Below are positions 34,888 to 45,185 of a stretch of 64,000 nt of DNA, piece after piece. The stretch lies in contig CAYLIV010000010.1 in NCBI GenBank assembly GCA_964384055.1, positions 13,829-77,828 of the forward strand. Direction: 5' to 3'. The notes beneath the pieces are model-generated. The model was not told the origin of the DNA and did no database searches. It saw only the letters and a program-made list of their open reading frames with translations. The position numbers and the translations under genes were made by a program. This stretch comes from an uncultured Fibrobacteraceae bacterium (GTDB taxonomy: Bacteria; Krumholzibacteriota; Krumholzibacteriia; LZORAL124-64-63). Each line of letters begins with the position of its first letter. The stretch's first letter is position 1.

Positions 34888-35607
34888 ATGAAAACAGTTC
34901 TGAAACACTCGCTCGACAAACTGGCTGCCGGTATCGGAATCGTCGTGCTGTCGCCGGTTCTGCTGCTTGTCGCCGCGGGCGTCAAACTGACCAGTGCGGG
35001 ACCGGTGGTGTTCCGGCAGGCCCGCGTCGGCCAGCACGGCCGGTTGTTTGTCATCTTCAAGTTCCGGACGATGTACCACCGTCGAGCCGCCGGCGGCCTG
35101 TGTGTCACCGCGAAGTGCGACAAGCGGATAACGCCTTTCGGCCGACTTCTGCGCCGCACGAAGATCGACGAGTTGCCCCAACTGGTAAATGTGTTGCGCG
35201 GGGAAATGTCTCTGGTCGGGCCGCGGCCCGAGGTGCCGGCGTATGTCCGCCGCTTCAGCAATCTTTACGATCCGATCCTACGTGTGCGTCCGGGAATCAC
35301 CCACCGCGCCTCGATCCTGTTCCGGGACGAGGAGAGCATTCTGGATGGTGCGCAGGATCCGGACCGCATGTACACCGAGGAGATCTTGCCGCGTAAACTG
35401 GCCATCTATCAGCGGGATCTCGACCGCGACGGCCTGCTCGACGATATCCGGACCATTCTGGATACGATCTTTCCCCACCCGCGGACGACGGCCGACGATT
35501 CGATCGGCCAGTACGCGCCCGCTGCCCGTATTTCCGGCAATGTCGTCGAGGCACGCCGGAGCCTTCATCAGGTGGAAGAGCACCGGGTCAAGGCGCTTGT
35601 TCCCTAG
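34888..35607 (+). CDS. Undecaprenyl-phosphate sugar phosphotransferase (small PglC/WbaP-C-like bacterial sugar transferase)
   Basis: Bacterial sugar transferase motifs (GPVVFRQARVG..G..F.IFKFRTM, DELPQLVNVLRGEMSLVGPRP). ATG 34888 is the first Met before the TM helix. Confidence 0.8.
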   Translation: MKTVLKHSLDKLAAGIGIVVLSPVLLLVAAGVKLTSAGPVVFRQARVGQHGRLFVIFKFRTMYHRRAAGGLCVTAKCDKRITPFGRLLRRTKIDELPQLVNVLRGEMSLVGPRPEVPAYVRRFSNLYDPILRVRPGITHRASILFRDEESILDGAQDPDRMYTEEILPRKLAIYQRDLDRDGLLDDIRTILDTIFPHPRTTADDSIGQYAPAARISGNVVEARRSLHQVEEHRVKALVP

Positions 35608-35842
35608 TGGCCATTCACGATCGTGATTGCGGGTTCGGTGTCTTCACGCCGGTTCGCCGCGGCGCCACGCTAGCGCGAAGCGACCAGCTGTCGTTCTGCG
35701 CGCCGGCAGCGCCGATTCGGAGCGATACTTGCTGGAAAACGCATGTTCTATTTGCCAATTCGCGATTGTGGCCTAGTTTCCAACGCGGAGTCTCGTGAAT
35801 AGCCGGTGCGCGCCGGCATGTCGTGTAGTCGGGAGAGGTGGC

Positions 35843-36943
35843 ATGATGCAGGTACCCTTTGTGGATCTCAAGGCGCAGTATCAGGAGATCAAGACCGAGA
35901 TCGACGCCGGCCTGGCCGAGGTCATGGCCAATACGGCGTTCATCGGCGGAAAATATGCGACTGCCTTCGAGGAAGATTTTGCCGCCTATTGCGGCACCAG
36001 GCACTGTGTCGGCGTGGGTAACGGCACCGACGCGCTCCAGGCCGCCCTGTTCGGTCTGGGTATCGGCGCGGGGGACGAGGTCATAACGGCCGCCAACACC
36101 TTTATCGCCACGGCCGAGGCGGTGCACAGCGTCGGTGCCGACGTGGTCTTCGTCGATAACGACCCGGTGACCTACAACATCGACATTGACCGGATCGAGG
36201 CGGCGATAACTCCGCGGACAAAGGCGATCATCCCGGTACATCTGTATGGGCAGCCGGCGGACCTGGACGCGATTCTCGCCATCGCAGCCAAGCACGGCTT
36301 GAAAGTGATCGAGGACGCGGCGCAGGCCCACGGCGCGACCTACAAGGGGCGACGGGTATCCACCTTCGGCGACTGCGCGTGTTTCAGTTTCTATCCCGGC
36401 AAGAACCTCGGCGCCTACGGCGACGCCGGGGCAGTGGTCACCGACGACGGCGACCTCGCCGAACGGATCCGTATGTTCACCAATCATGGCCGTTCCTCGA
36501 AACACGGACACGAGATCGAAGGCATCAACAGCCGTCTCGACGGTTTCCAGGGTCTGGTCCTACGGGTCAAGCTTCCCCAGCTGGAGCGCTGGACCGAGCG
36601 CCGGATCGCGATCGCCGAGCGCTACTCCGAAGGTCTCACGTCGGCGGTGACCACGCCGGTTGCCGGCGACCAGTCGCGCCACGTCTATCATCTGTATGTG
36701 GTGCGGGTCGAGGGTCGCGGCGGCATTCAGGCCAAGCTCGCCGAGCGGGGTATCAGTACAGGCATCCACTACCCGGTTGCTTTGCCGTTCCTGCCGGCCT
36801 ACGCTCGCTTGCAGGCACAACCGGCCGATTTCCCGATCGCCCATGCGTATCAGAACACGATTCTGAGTCTGCCCATGCACGGTAGCATGCCGGATGAGCA
36901 GGTAGACTACGTGATCGAGCAATTGAACGAGATCGTGGAGTAG
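35843..36943 (+). CDS. DegT/DnrJ/EryC1/StrS-family PLP-dependent sugar aminotransferase
   Basis: Family signature (VPFVDLKAQYQEIKTEIDAGLAEV...GVGNGTDALQ) and a GGGAGAGG RBS before the ATGATG at 35843. Confidence 0.9.
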   Translation: MMQVPFVDLKAQYQEIKTEIDAGLAEVMANTAFIGGKYATAFEEDFAAYCGTRHCVGVGNGTDALQAALFGLGIGAGDEVITAANTFIATAEAVHSVGADVVFVDNDPVTYNIDIDRIEAAITPRTKAIIPVHLYGQPADLDAILAIAAKHGLKVIEDAAQAHGATYKGRRVSTFGDCACFSFYPGKNLGAYGDAGAVVTDDGDLAERIRMFTNHGRSSKHGHEIEGINSRLDGFQGLVLRVKLPQLERWTERRIAIAERYSEGLTSAVTTPVAGDQSRHVYHLYVVRVEGRGGIQAKLAERGISTGIHYPVALPFLPAYARLQAQPADFPIAHAYQNTILSLPMHGSMPDEQVDYVIEQLNEIVE

Positions 36944-37014
36944 CGGTCGTCCATCGGGTGCGATCCGCCGATTTGTCGCGCGGCGTATCACGACGGGTTT
37001 CTGGAGTGGAGAAA

Positions 37015-37680
37015 ATGGAAAGTCCCAAGAGCAAGAATATCACCTGGTCGACGGGTGCGGTTTCCCACCTGCAACGGATAACGCGCAACGGCCACAAAGG
37101 AGCGATCCTCTGGTTCACGGGTCTGTCCGGTGCAGGCAAATCGACCCTTTCACGGCTCGTGGAGAAAGAACTTTTCTCGCGGCGGTGCAATACCTACATC
37201 CTCGATGGCGACAACATGCGCCACGGGTTGAACAGAGATCTGGGATTCAGTCCAGACGACCGCATGGAGAATATTCGCCGCATCGGAGAGGTCTCGAAAC
37301 TCTTGATGGACGCCGGTGTCATCTGTCTGACTGCGTTCATCTCGCCCTACCGCGCCGACCGGCAACAGTGTCGCCAGATCGTTCCGGCCGGATCCTTCAT
37401 CGAGATATATTGCGAGTGCACGGTGGAAGAGTGCGAACGTCGCGATCCCAAGGGACTGTACCGCAAGGCACGCGCGGGTGAGATCAAGGAATTCACCGGT
37501 ATCAGTGCACCGTACGAGGAGCCGCAGAACCCGGAGATCGTGGTGGAAACGGCGCTGTACAGCCCCGAAGAATGCGTGAATCACATCTTCAACTGCCTCG
37601 AGAAACGGGAGATCCTGCGGGTGCCCTGGCACCACGACCTGGCTCCGCAGACGCCGATCGGCGAGCAGGTCGGTGGCTAA
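37015..37680 (+). CDS. cysC: Adenylyl-sulfate kinase (APS kinase)
   Basis: P-loop plus CysC signature (ILWFTGLSGAGKSTL...YILDGDNMRHGLNRDLGFS). ATG 37015 with a GGAG RBS. Confidence 0.9.
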   Translation: MESPKSKNITWSTGAVSHLQRITRNGHKGAILWFTGLSGAGKSTLSRLVEKELFSRRCNTYILDGDNMRHGLNRDLGFSPDDRMENIRRIGEVSKLLMDAGVICLTAFISPYRADRQQCRQIVPAGSFIEIYCECTVEECERRDPKGLYRKARAGEIKEFTGISAPYEEPQNPEIVVETALYSPEECVNHIFNCLEKREILRVPWHHDLAPQTPIGEQVGG

Positions 37681-37951
37681 TTACTGACATTTGAATGATG
37701 TACGGCGCACGGCCACGACGAAAAAGTCCTTGTCGGCGCCAGCGCGTTTCTGATAACATATTGTATGGAAAGGCACCTTGGATGTGTGCATCCCGCCCAT
37801 TGCCGCCGAATCGACCGGATGGATCTGATCGGTTCGAGCCATGCGTTTCCCGTTGGTACGGGGAAACTATACCGGAGGACGAACGTTCTAGGGCATGTTC
37901 AACCGGTGAGTATGGGCTGCCGGTGTCGATGAAGGAACGGTTAGACAACTG

Positions 37952-39949
37952 ATGACTGGATTCAAGACCAAAGGTTGGCGGGTTACACCACGCATGGCGC
38001 AGCGGGTCCGTGTCCGGCTGAGCCGTTTGTTCGGCGCCACTGGACCGTTCCTGCCCCTGGTGCAACGAAATCGCCTGCTCTTCGGATTGGTACTCTGCAG
38101 TACCCTCTGCACCCTGTCCTTTTCTCTGGCCTTCGTTTTACGTTTTGAGCTGTCGGTGCTCGACCAGGCAGCGATCAACTGGCATACCTGGTGGACAAGA
38201 ACCCTGCCGCTGGTGGTCCTGATCCGGCTGGCGGTTTTCCTGCTTTTCGGACTGCACCGGGTGAGCTGGCGCTTTGCCTCGGCGCACGACGTGATTCCGG
38301 TCGTGTCGTCGGTGATCGTCAGCACCGCACTGGTCGTGCCGGCGGTTCTTTTCATGTGGGCGAACAGTTTCCCCCGGAGCGTTCTGGCCATCGACGCGCT
38401 GCTGAGCGTGCTGTTCATCGCCGGAGCACGCTTCAGTTACCGCCTGTTCGAGGAAATCATCGCCGGTATCGGCGCCGGTAAGCGGGAAAAGGTCATCATC
38501 GTCGGCGCCGGCGCAGCGGGCAACCTGACGGTGCGGGCCATGTTGACCCGCGGACTGGTGGACTACTGGCCCGTGGCCATCCTGGACGACGACCCCTGCA
38601 AGCAAGGCAGCACGATTCAGGGGGTTCCCGTCCTGGGACCGATTTCCATCGTCGCCGGGCTCGCTCTGGACACGGGGGCCAAGGCCATCGTCATGGCCCT
38701 GCCCACGGCCAACACCAACGACTTCTACCGGATCATCCGGCAATGCAAGGCCACGGGACTGCCGCTGAAGACAATTCCCGACCTGGGGCAGATCCTGCGC
38801 AGCAGCAACGTGGTCACGCGGATCAGCGATTTCAGGCTCGAGGATCTGTTGCGGCGGCGGCCCATCCGTCCCGACGTACCGGAGATCCAGGAGTTCCTCT
38901 ACAAGCGATCCGTCCTGGTCACCGGAGCGGCCGGCAGCATCGGCTCCGAGCTTTGCCGGCAGATCGCCGAGCAAGGCACCAGCCGCCTGATCTGTCTGGA
39001 CAAGGACGAAAACGGGCTTTTCCGGCTGGAACACAACCTGAAATCCATTGCCGGTACGACCCAGTTGGAGTTCTATCTGGCCGATATTCGCGACCGTGGC
39101 CGTCTGGATCGGTTGTTCTCCGGCTTCCGGCCCGACATGGTGTTTCACGCGGCGGCCTACAAGCACGTGCCGATCCTGCAGTTGCACCCGGTGGAAGCCG
39201 TTCGCAACAACGTCGGCGGCACGCGGCAACTTGCCGAACTCGCCGATGTCTACGGCGTCGACAACTTCCTCATGATCAGCACCGACAAGGCCGTCAATCC
39301 GACGAGCGTCATGGGTGCGACCAAGCGTATTGCGGAGCGGATCGTGCGCGCGCGGAACACGCGCAGCGGCACTCGCTTCTGTACGATTCGTTTTGGCAAC
39401 GTGCTGGGCAGTGCCGGTAGTGTGGTAGAGCTGTTCCAGAAGCAGATCCGCGACGGTAAGCCGGTTACGGTAACCCACAAGGACATCGAACGTTATTTCA
39501 TGACCATTCCGGAAGCGGTGCACCTGGTGCTCTACGCGGCGACCATGGGCCAGGGCGGTGAAACCTACATTCTCGACATGGGCGAGCCGGTCAAGATCGA
39601 CAAGCTGGCCCGCCAGATCATCCAGCTCTCCGGGCTGATGCCTGATGTGGACGTGCCCATCGTCTACACGGGGCTGCGACCGGGGGAGAAGCTGTTCGAG
39701 GAATTGTGGACCGACCGCGAGAGCCCGCAAGGGACCGACCACCCGGGGATCCTGATGGCCCCGTGCGAGGACATCCTGCCCAAACGTCTCGACGATGAGG
39801 TCGTTCGCCTGCTGCGCAGCGCCGAGCAGAACAATCTCGACGGCATCTGGGACGGGATCCTGAAACTCGTGCCGTCCTTCCAGGGGCGCACCAACGGTGC
39901 CGCGCACATTCCGCCCGACCACCCCACCTCGGCGGAAACCTCCGCCTGA
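37952..39949 (+). CDS. Membrane-anchored polysaccharide biosynthesis protein CapD/WbpM/PglF-like (NDP-sugar 4,6-dehydratase)
   Basis: N-terminal TM helices followed by two Rossmann-like regions (VIIVGAGAAG...; VLVTGAAGSIGSEL) and an SDR-extended catalytic region (HAAAYKHVP). Confidence 0.85.
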   Translation: MTGFKTKGWRVTPRMAQRVRVRLSRLFGATGPFLPLVQRNRLLFGLVLCSTLCTLSFSLAFVLRFELSVLDQAAINWHTWWTRTLPLVVLIRLAVFLLFGLHRVSWRFASAHDVIPVVSSVIVSTALVVPAVLFMWANSFPRSVLAIDALLSVLFIAGARFSYRLFEEIIAGIGAGKREKVIIVGAGAAGNLTVRAMLTRGLVDYWPVAILDDDPCKQGSTIQGVPVLGPISIVAGLALDTGAKAIVMALPTANTNDFYRIIRQCKATGLPLKTIPDLGQILRSSNVVTRISDFRLEDLLRRRPIRPDVPEIQEFLYKRSVLVTGAAGSIGSELCRQIAEQGTSRLICLDKDENGLFRLEHNLKSIAGTTQLEFYLADIRDRGRLDRLFSGFRPDMVFHAAAYKHVPILQLHPVEAVRNNVGGTRQLAELADVYGVDNFLMISTDKAVNPTSVMGATKRIAERIVRARNTRSGTRFCTIRFGNVLGSAGSVVELFQKQIRDGKPVTVTHKDIERYFMTIPEAVHLVLYAATMGQGGETYILDMGEPVKIDKLARQIIQLSGLMPDVDVPIVYTGLRPGEKLFEELWTDRESPQGTDHPGILMAPCEDILPKRLDDEVVRLLRSAEQNNLDGIWDGILKLVPSFQGRTNGAAHIPPDHPTSAETSA

Positions 39950-40108
39950 TTCTGCCGCGCCCGCCTTCGCGGGTCCGAACCGGGTGCATAATCGCTCTCG
40001 TCGGGAAAACACATTCAAGTAATGGCAGTTTCGCACGAAAACAACAAAACCCTTTGTGCTTGCACGAGACAACGGGTTTATCTATATTCTCGTCCGTCGG
40101 ATACCGTG

Positions 40109-40134
40109 CGCGGGAGATGAGCTCCCGCGTTTTT
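40109..40134 (+). terminator. Rho-independent terminator downstream of the CapD-like gene
   Basis: An 8-bp GC-rich stem (cgcgggag / ctcccgcg) with a 5-nt loop, followed by TTTTT. Confidence 0.6.
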
Positions 40135-40304
40135 CTCCCGGTTATGATCCGGACAGGTAGCCGGCGTGAATTCGCAAGCGGGTTGATCGGAGTGCACCCA
40201 GGTGCCCTTCCTTGTGGTGAGCCGGTAGCGTAAACACCAGGAAGGCAATCAGCCTGCGGCCATCGTGACGCATTCGCGTGACGTATCGTAGGAGGTTCTA
40301 GACG

Positions 40305-40574
40305 ATGGCGCTGAACAAGGATCAGAAGAATACGGTTATCGACAAGTTCAAGAAACACCAATCCGACTCGGGATCGCCGGAGGTGCAGATCGCGCTGCTC
40401 ACGGAGCGCATCAACAGCCTCGGCGCCCACTTCAAGATGCACGCCAAGGATCATCACTCGCGGCGCGGTCTTTTGAAAATGGTCGGGCAGCGCAAACGGT
40501 TGCTCAATTACCTGAAGAAAAAGGACCTGGACGGCTACCGCGCCCTCATCAAGGAACTTGGCCTCCGGGGATGA
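40305..40574 (+). CDS. rpsO: 30S ribosomal protein S15
   Basis: Full-length match to S15 ([39 protein letters not shown]). GGAGG RBS. Confidence 0.97.
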   Translation: MALNKDQKNTVIDKFKKHQSDSGSPEVQIALLTERINSLGAHFKMHAKDHHSRRGLLKMVGQRKRLLNYLKKKDLDGYRALIKELGLRG

Positions 40575-40828
40575 CACTCCGCCAATCCGACCGGGATTCG
40601 TACCGGGATGTTTGCGTGAGAAATCGTGGTCGCGGCAGCGGCCGCTCGTGGTGCGCAGTGGTTGCCGGCAATCGGCAGGCGAGGTTGCGTACCGGGAGTC
40701 GGCGGTCTGCTCGGGAAGTCGACGACGCGTAGCGCCGCGCACGCGGCGGGCGCAGTCGACGAGCGATGGCAGCAGTTGGAAGAAGTGAATTTTTTTGCGG
40801 CAAAGCGGCTGAGGAAGGGAAGAAACAC

Positions 40829-43012
40829 ATGGATAAGCACGTTGTTAGTCTGGAAATGAACGGGACCACGTTTTCTCTGGAAACCGGGCGCATGGCCAGG
40901 CAGGCCAATGGCTCGATCGTGGTGCGCATGGGCGACACCATGGCCCTGATGACGGTTACGGCCGACGAGAAGGACTCCGATCGGGATTTCCTGCCCCTGT
41001 TCGTCGAATATCGGAACAAGACCTACGCCGCCGGCAAGATCCCCGGTGGTTTTTTCAAGCGCGAGGCGCGGCCGACCGAGCGCGAGACGCTCAGTTGCCG
41101 GCTGATCGACCGGCCGCTGCGGCCGCTCTTTCCCAAGGGCTACCGCCGCGAGACCCAGATCGTCTCGTTCATCATCAGCGCGGACACGGACTTTCACGCC
41201 GACACCCTGAGTATCACGGCCGCCTCGGCGGCGCTCGGCCTCTCGGACGTGCCGTTCACCGATATCGTGTCGGGTGTGCGCGTGGCCGAGGTCGACGGCG
41301 AGTTCATCCCCAATCCCAGTTTTGACCAGCTCGAGGAATCGAGCCTGGACCTGGTCGTCGCCGGCACTGACGACATCGTCGGTATGATCGAGGGTGAATG
41401 CCAGGAGATCTCGGAGGAGCGCCTGCTGGACGCCATCGAATTCGCCCACGAGTGGATTCGCAAGCTGAACGGGCTGCAGCGCGAGCTGTTCGCCGTGGCG
41501 CCGCGCAAGACGAAGTGGGAACCGACGCCGCCGGAGAAGAACGAGGCGATCGTCGGGGAAGTGGAAGCCTACGCGGGCGGCCAGCTCCGCGAGGCCATCG
41601 TGGTCGAGGGCAAGCACAACCGCCACGACGCGCTGGCGCTCGTGAAGAAGAACGTGGGCGAGAAGTTCGCCGACGACGAGGGCAATCCCGACCCCGAGGC
41701 GCTCGACGCGGTCGGCGACCTCGAGAAAAGCTACATGCGCGAGATGATCCTGAGCGACAGCAAGCGGATCGATGGCCGGGATCTGACCACCGTGCGCCAG
41801 ATCAATGTGGAATGCGGCGTGCTGCCGCGGGCCCACGGCTCGTGCCTTTTCACGCGCGGGGAAACCCAGTCGCTGGGCTCGGTCACTCTGGGCGCCAAGC
41901 AAGCCGAACAGCGCATCGAACCGCTGAACTCGGAGCAGTACTGGAGCAAGTACTACCTCCACTACAATTTCCCGCCCTTCAGCGTGGGCGAGGTGGGCCG
42001 CTACAGCGGTACCGGACGTCGCGAGATCGGTCACGGCAAGCTCGCCGAGCGCGCCATACGCCCCATCCTGCCGTCGGTGGAGGATTTCCCGTACACGATC
42101 CGCATCGTGTCGGACATTCTCGAGTCCAACGGCTCGAGTTCCATGGCTTCGGTGTGTTCCGGCTGCATGGCCCTGATGGATGCCGGTGCGCCCATCGTCA
42201 AGCCGGTTGCCGGCGTCGCCATGGGCCTGGTCAAGGAAGACGACCGCGTGGCCGTGCTGACCGACATTCTCGGGGTCGAGGATCACCTGGGCGACATGGA
42301 CTTCAAGGTGACGGGCACGCGCGACGGCATCACGGCTTTCCAGCTCGACACCAAGATCGCCGGCATCAGCCGGGAGATCATGGTCAAGGCGTTGGGTGAC
42401 GCCAAGAACGCGCGCAACCATATCCTCGACGTCATGAACGAGGCGCTGGCGGCGCCCCGTAAGAACATGTCCGAGTTTGCGCCGAAGATCGAGACCATTC
42501 AGATCCCGGTCAAGAAGATCGGTGAGCTGATCGGTCCGGGCGGCAAGGTCATCAAGCGGATCCAGGAAGAGACCGGCGCCAATATCGAGGTCGACGACGA
42601 GGGCATGGTCTTCGTCTCATCGACCGACCAGGCCAGTGGCGACGCCGCCATGAAGATGGTCGAGGGGATCATGGCCGAGCCCGAGGTGGGCAAGGTCTAC
42701 AAGGGCAAGGTCAAGACCATCGTGGATTTCGGCGCCTTCGTCGAGTATCTGCCGGGCAAGGATGGCCTGCTGCACATCTCGGAACTCGAGTATTTCCGGG
42801 TCGGCAACGTGGAAGACGTGCTGTCGATCGGCGAAGAGGTCGAGGTGAAGCTCATCGAGATCGACAGTCGCACCGGCAAGGTCCGGCTCAGCCGCAAGGC
42901 GTTGCTGCCCGAGCCCGAGGGTTATGTGCCGCCGCCGCCCCGCGATGATCGACGCGGTGGAGGTGGCCGCGGTCGCGGACCGGGTGGTCGGGGCCGAGGG
43001 CCGCGCCGGTAG
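40829..43012 (+). CDS. pnp: Polyribonucleotide nucleotidyltransferase (PNPase) with an Arg/Gly-rich C-terminal tail
   Basis: Two RNase PH domains, a KH domain ([21 protein letters not shown]) and an S1 domain ([19 protein letters not shown]). ATG at 40829 after a GAGGAAGGGAAG RBS. The tail is [23 protein letters not shown]. Confidence 0.97.
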   Translation: MDKHVVSLEMNGTTFSLETGRMARQANGSIVVRMGDTMALMTVTADEKDSDRDFLPLFVEYRNKTYAAGKIPGGFFKREARPTERETLSCRLIDRPLRPLFPKGYRRETQIVSFIISADTDFHADTLSITAASAALGLSDVPFTDIVSGVRVAEVDGEFIPNPSFDQLEESSLDLVVAGTDDIVGMIEGECQEISEERLLDAIEFAHEWIRKLNGLQRELFAVAPRKTKWEPTPPEKNEAIVGEVEAYAGGQLREAIVVEGKHNRHDALALVKKNVGEKFADDEGNPDPEALDAVGDLEKSYMREMILSDSKRIDGRDLTTVRQINVECGVLPRAHGSCLFTRGETQSLGSVTLGAKQAEQRIEPLNSEQYWSKYYLHYNFPPFSVGEVGRYSGTGRREIGHGKLAERAIRPILPSVEDFPYTIRIVSDILESNGSSSMASVCSGCMALMDAGAPIVKPVAGVAMGLVKEDDRVAVLTDILGVEDHLGDMDFKVTGTRDGITAFQLDTKIAGISREIMVKALGDAKNARNHILDVMNEALAAPRKNMSEFAPKIETIQIPVKKIGELIGPGGKVIKRIQEETGANIEVDDEGMVFVSSTDQASGDAAMKMVEGIMAEPEVGKVYKGKVKTIVDFGAFVEYLPGKDGLLHISELEYFRVGNVEDVLSIGEEVEVKLIEIDSRTGKVRLSRKALLPEPEGYVPPPPRDDRRGGGGRGRGPGGRGRGPRR

Positions 43013-43020
43013 CTGTTGGC

Positions 43021-44304
43021 ATGAATCTCGATCTCTACAGGAACGAAGAGTCGCCTCGCCGGGAAGTCTTGCCCGGCGGGGCGGTCCTTTTGACGGTACC
43101 GGTGCCGAGCGCCCATTCGGTCACCGTGGGTCTATGGCTGCGCACCGGCAGCCAGGACGAGCAGCCGGAACTCAACGGCATTTCCCATTTCGTGGAACAC
43201 ATCGTTTTCAAGGGCTCGGCCAACCGCTCGGCGTACGAGATCGCGTCGACCTTCGATCGTCTCGGCGTGACGATCGATGCCTTCACCACGAAGGATCAGG
43301 TCGCGTTCACCATCAAGGTGTTACCCGAGTATCTGGAACCGGCGATCGAGGTGCTGGCCGACATGCTCCTGCGCCCGGCTCTCGATCCGCGCCTGATCTC
43401 CCTGGAGCAGGATGTGGTCTGCGAGGAGATCCAGGAAGCGCTCGATTCTCCCGAAGACCGCCTGCACGATGCCTTCGCGGCGAGCGTCTACGCCGCTCAC
43501 CGGCGTAGCCGGCCCATCCTGGGCACACCGGAAACCGTGCGCAGCTTCGACGAGAATCTGTTGCGACGGGAACATCAGCGCCTGTTCAGCGGACCCAACG
43601 TGGTCATCGCCATGGCGGGCTTGATCGGTGACAATGCGGGCGATCTCGTCCGGCGGCATTTCGATCTGCCGTCCGCGCCTGCAGCGGCGGGAGGCGCTGC
43701 CGCAGTGGCAGTGGATACCGATGGCGCCACCGACCTGGTGGTCGAACCCGGCACCCGGCAACTGGGCTTGCAGGGCAAGATCGTGCAGAGTTATTTCGAG
43801 ATCGGCAATATCGGCGTTTCCTACCGCCACCCCGACCGGATCCCCGTGTTCGTGCTGTGCAACCTGCTCGGCGGCGGCATGAGCAGCCGTATCTTTCAGG
43901 CCGTTCGCGAACGGGAGGGACTGGCCTACACGGTCTACAACTACAGCGACATGGGGCGTGACATCGGATTGGTCAGCTGTTCCGGCTCCTGCTCGCCGGA
44001 GAACGAGGACCGGACCCGCAACGTGGTGTGCCGCGAGTATGAACGCGTGATCGCCGACGATATCGACGAGCAGGAACTCGCCAACAACAAGGCGCAGATC
44101 AAATCTCAGCTCATCTTCAGTCTCGAAGGCGTCGTGAACCAGATGTATCGCGCGGCCAAGAACGAGATCTACTACGGGCGTTTCCTGCCGGTGGCGGAGA
44201 TCGTCGACCGGATCGACGCCATCGAGCGCGAGACGATCGTTCACTGCGCCAACAAATATTTCTCGCCGGATAATCTCCTGTTTGCGTTCCATCGACCCGA
44301 ATGA
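43021..44304 (+). CDS. M16-family zinc peptidase (insulinase-like)
   Basis: Inverted zinc-binding motif HFVEH and a downstream conserved Glu region. It follows pnp, as is common in other bacteria. Confidence 0.8.
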   Translation: MNLDLYRNEESPRREVLPGGAVLLTVPVPSAHSVTVGLWLRTGSQDEQPELNGISHFVEHIVFKGSANRSAYEIASTFDRLGVTIDAFTTKDQVAFTIKVLPEYLEPAIEVLADMLLRPALDPRLISLEQDVVCEEIQEALDSPEDRLHDAFAASVYAAHRRSRPILGTPETVRSFDENLLRREHQRLFSGPNVVIAMAGLIGDNAGDLVRRHFDLPSAPAAAGGAAAVAVDTDGATDLVVEPGTRQLGLQGKIVQSYFEIGNIGVSYRHPDRIPVFVLCNLLGGGMSSRIFQAVREREGLAYTVYNYSDMGRDIGLVSCSGSCSPENEDRTRNVVCREYERVIADDIDEQELANNKAQIKSQLIFSLEGVVNQMYRAAKNEIYYGRFLPVAEIVDRIDAIERETIVHCANKYFSPDNLLFAFHRPE

Positions 44305-45155
44305 GCGACGGCGCCGGAAGCCGTTCCCCCACCGCACCGGAACCGGTGGTGCTGGTCTATCACCGGATCAGCGCCCGGCCGCTGTGCGCCGGCACCTGGA
44401 TTGGGCCGGAGCAGCTGGGCGGGCAGATCGACGCGCTGCTGGCGGCGGGCTGCGAGCCGCTGACCGGAGAGCAGTGGCGCGAGATGTTGCCACAGTCGTC
44501 GGCGCGACGGCTCGGGCACCGGCAGGGAGAGTCGTCACCGGGCGCGCCACGCCGGTTTCTGCTCACGGTGGACGACGGTACGACGGATCTCCATCGCCAC
44601 CGGCACGTCTTTCAGGAGCGGGGCGTCGCGGGAGTCGTCTTCGTGCCGGCGGCGCTGCTTGGTCGACTCAACCGGTGGGAACTGCCGTTGCCGGGGCGTC
44701 GAACCAGTCATTTGAGCGTGGGCCAGCTACGGGATTTGCAGCGGCTCGGCTGGGAGGTGGGGCTCCACGGTGCGACACACCGGGACCTGACGCGCCTGCC
44801 CACGGACGACCTGGCCGCCGAGCTGGACGCGGCGCGCAGGCTGCTGGCGGCGAGTATCGAGGCGCCCGTCGATCTGGTGTCCTACCCTTTTGGTCGCGTG
44901 GATCGCCGGGTTGCCGGAGCGGCCGCGGCCGCCGGCTTTGCCGCCGGTTTTGTCGTGAGGCGACAACCTCCGACCGTGGCGCGGCACCTTGCCTGGCCGC
45001 GTCGCCCCGTCTACTGCATCGATACGGCGCGCACCGTGCTGACCAAGATCACCGACCCGCGGGGACGGACCCGTCGCGGTCGCTGGGAGATACGCAAGGA
45101 GCACGTGGCGCACGGAGTCGGGCATTGGTTCGGGAGCCGGCAGCGGCAGCGTTGA
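44301..45155 (+). CDS. Polysaccharide deacetylase (NodB/CE4 family)
   Basis: NodB-like motifs (LLTVDDGTTD; HGATHRDLT; VSYPFGRVD). ATGA overlap with the peptidase gene. Confidence 0.7.
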   Translation: MSDGAGSRSPTAPEPVVLVYHRISARPLCAGTWIGPEQLGGQIDALLAAGCEPLTGEQWREMLPQSSARRLGHRQGESSPGAPRRFLLTVDDGTTDLHRHRHVFQERGVAGVVFVPAALLGRLNRWELPLPGRRTSHLSVGQLRDLQRLGWEVGLHGATHRDLTRLPTDDLAAELDAARRLLAASIEAPVDLVSYPFGRVDRRVAGAAAAAGFAAGFVVRRQPPTVARHLAWPRRPVYCIDTARTVLTKITDPRGRTRRGRWEIRKEHVAHGVGHWFGSRQRQR

Positions 45156-45185
45156 CGTAGGCTGCGCGCACAGTGGGCGGGGCCT

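Noticed and set aside
38138-42421. 644-aa and 628-aa antisense ORFs opposite the CapD-like gene and pnp
   Set aside because: Same GC-driven artefact. The sense-strand genes have clear family signatures.
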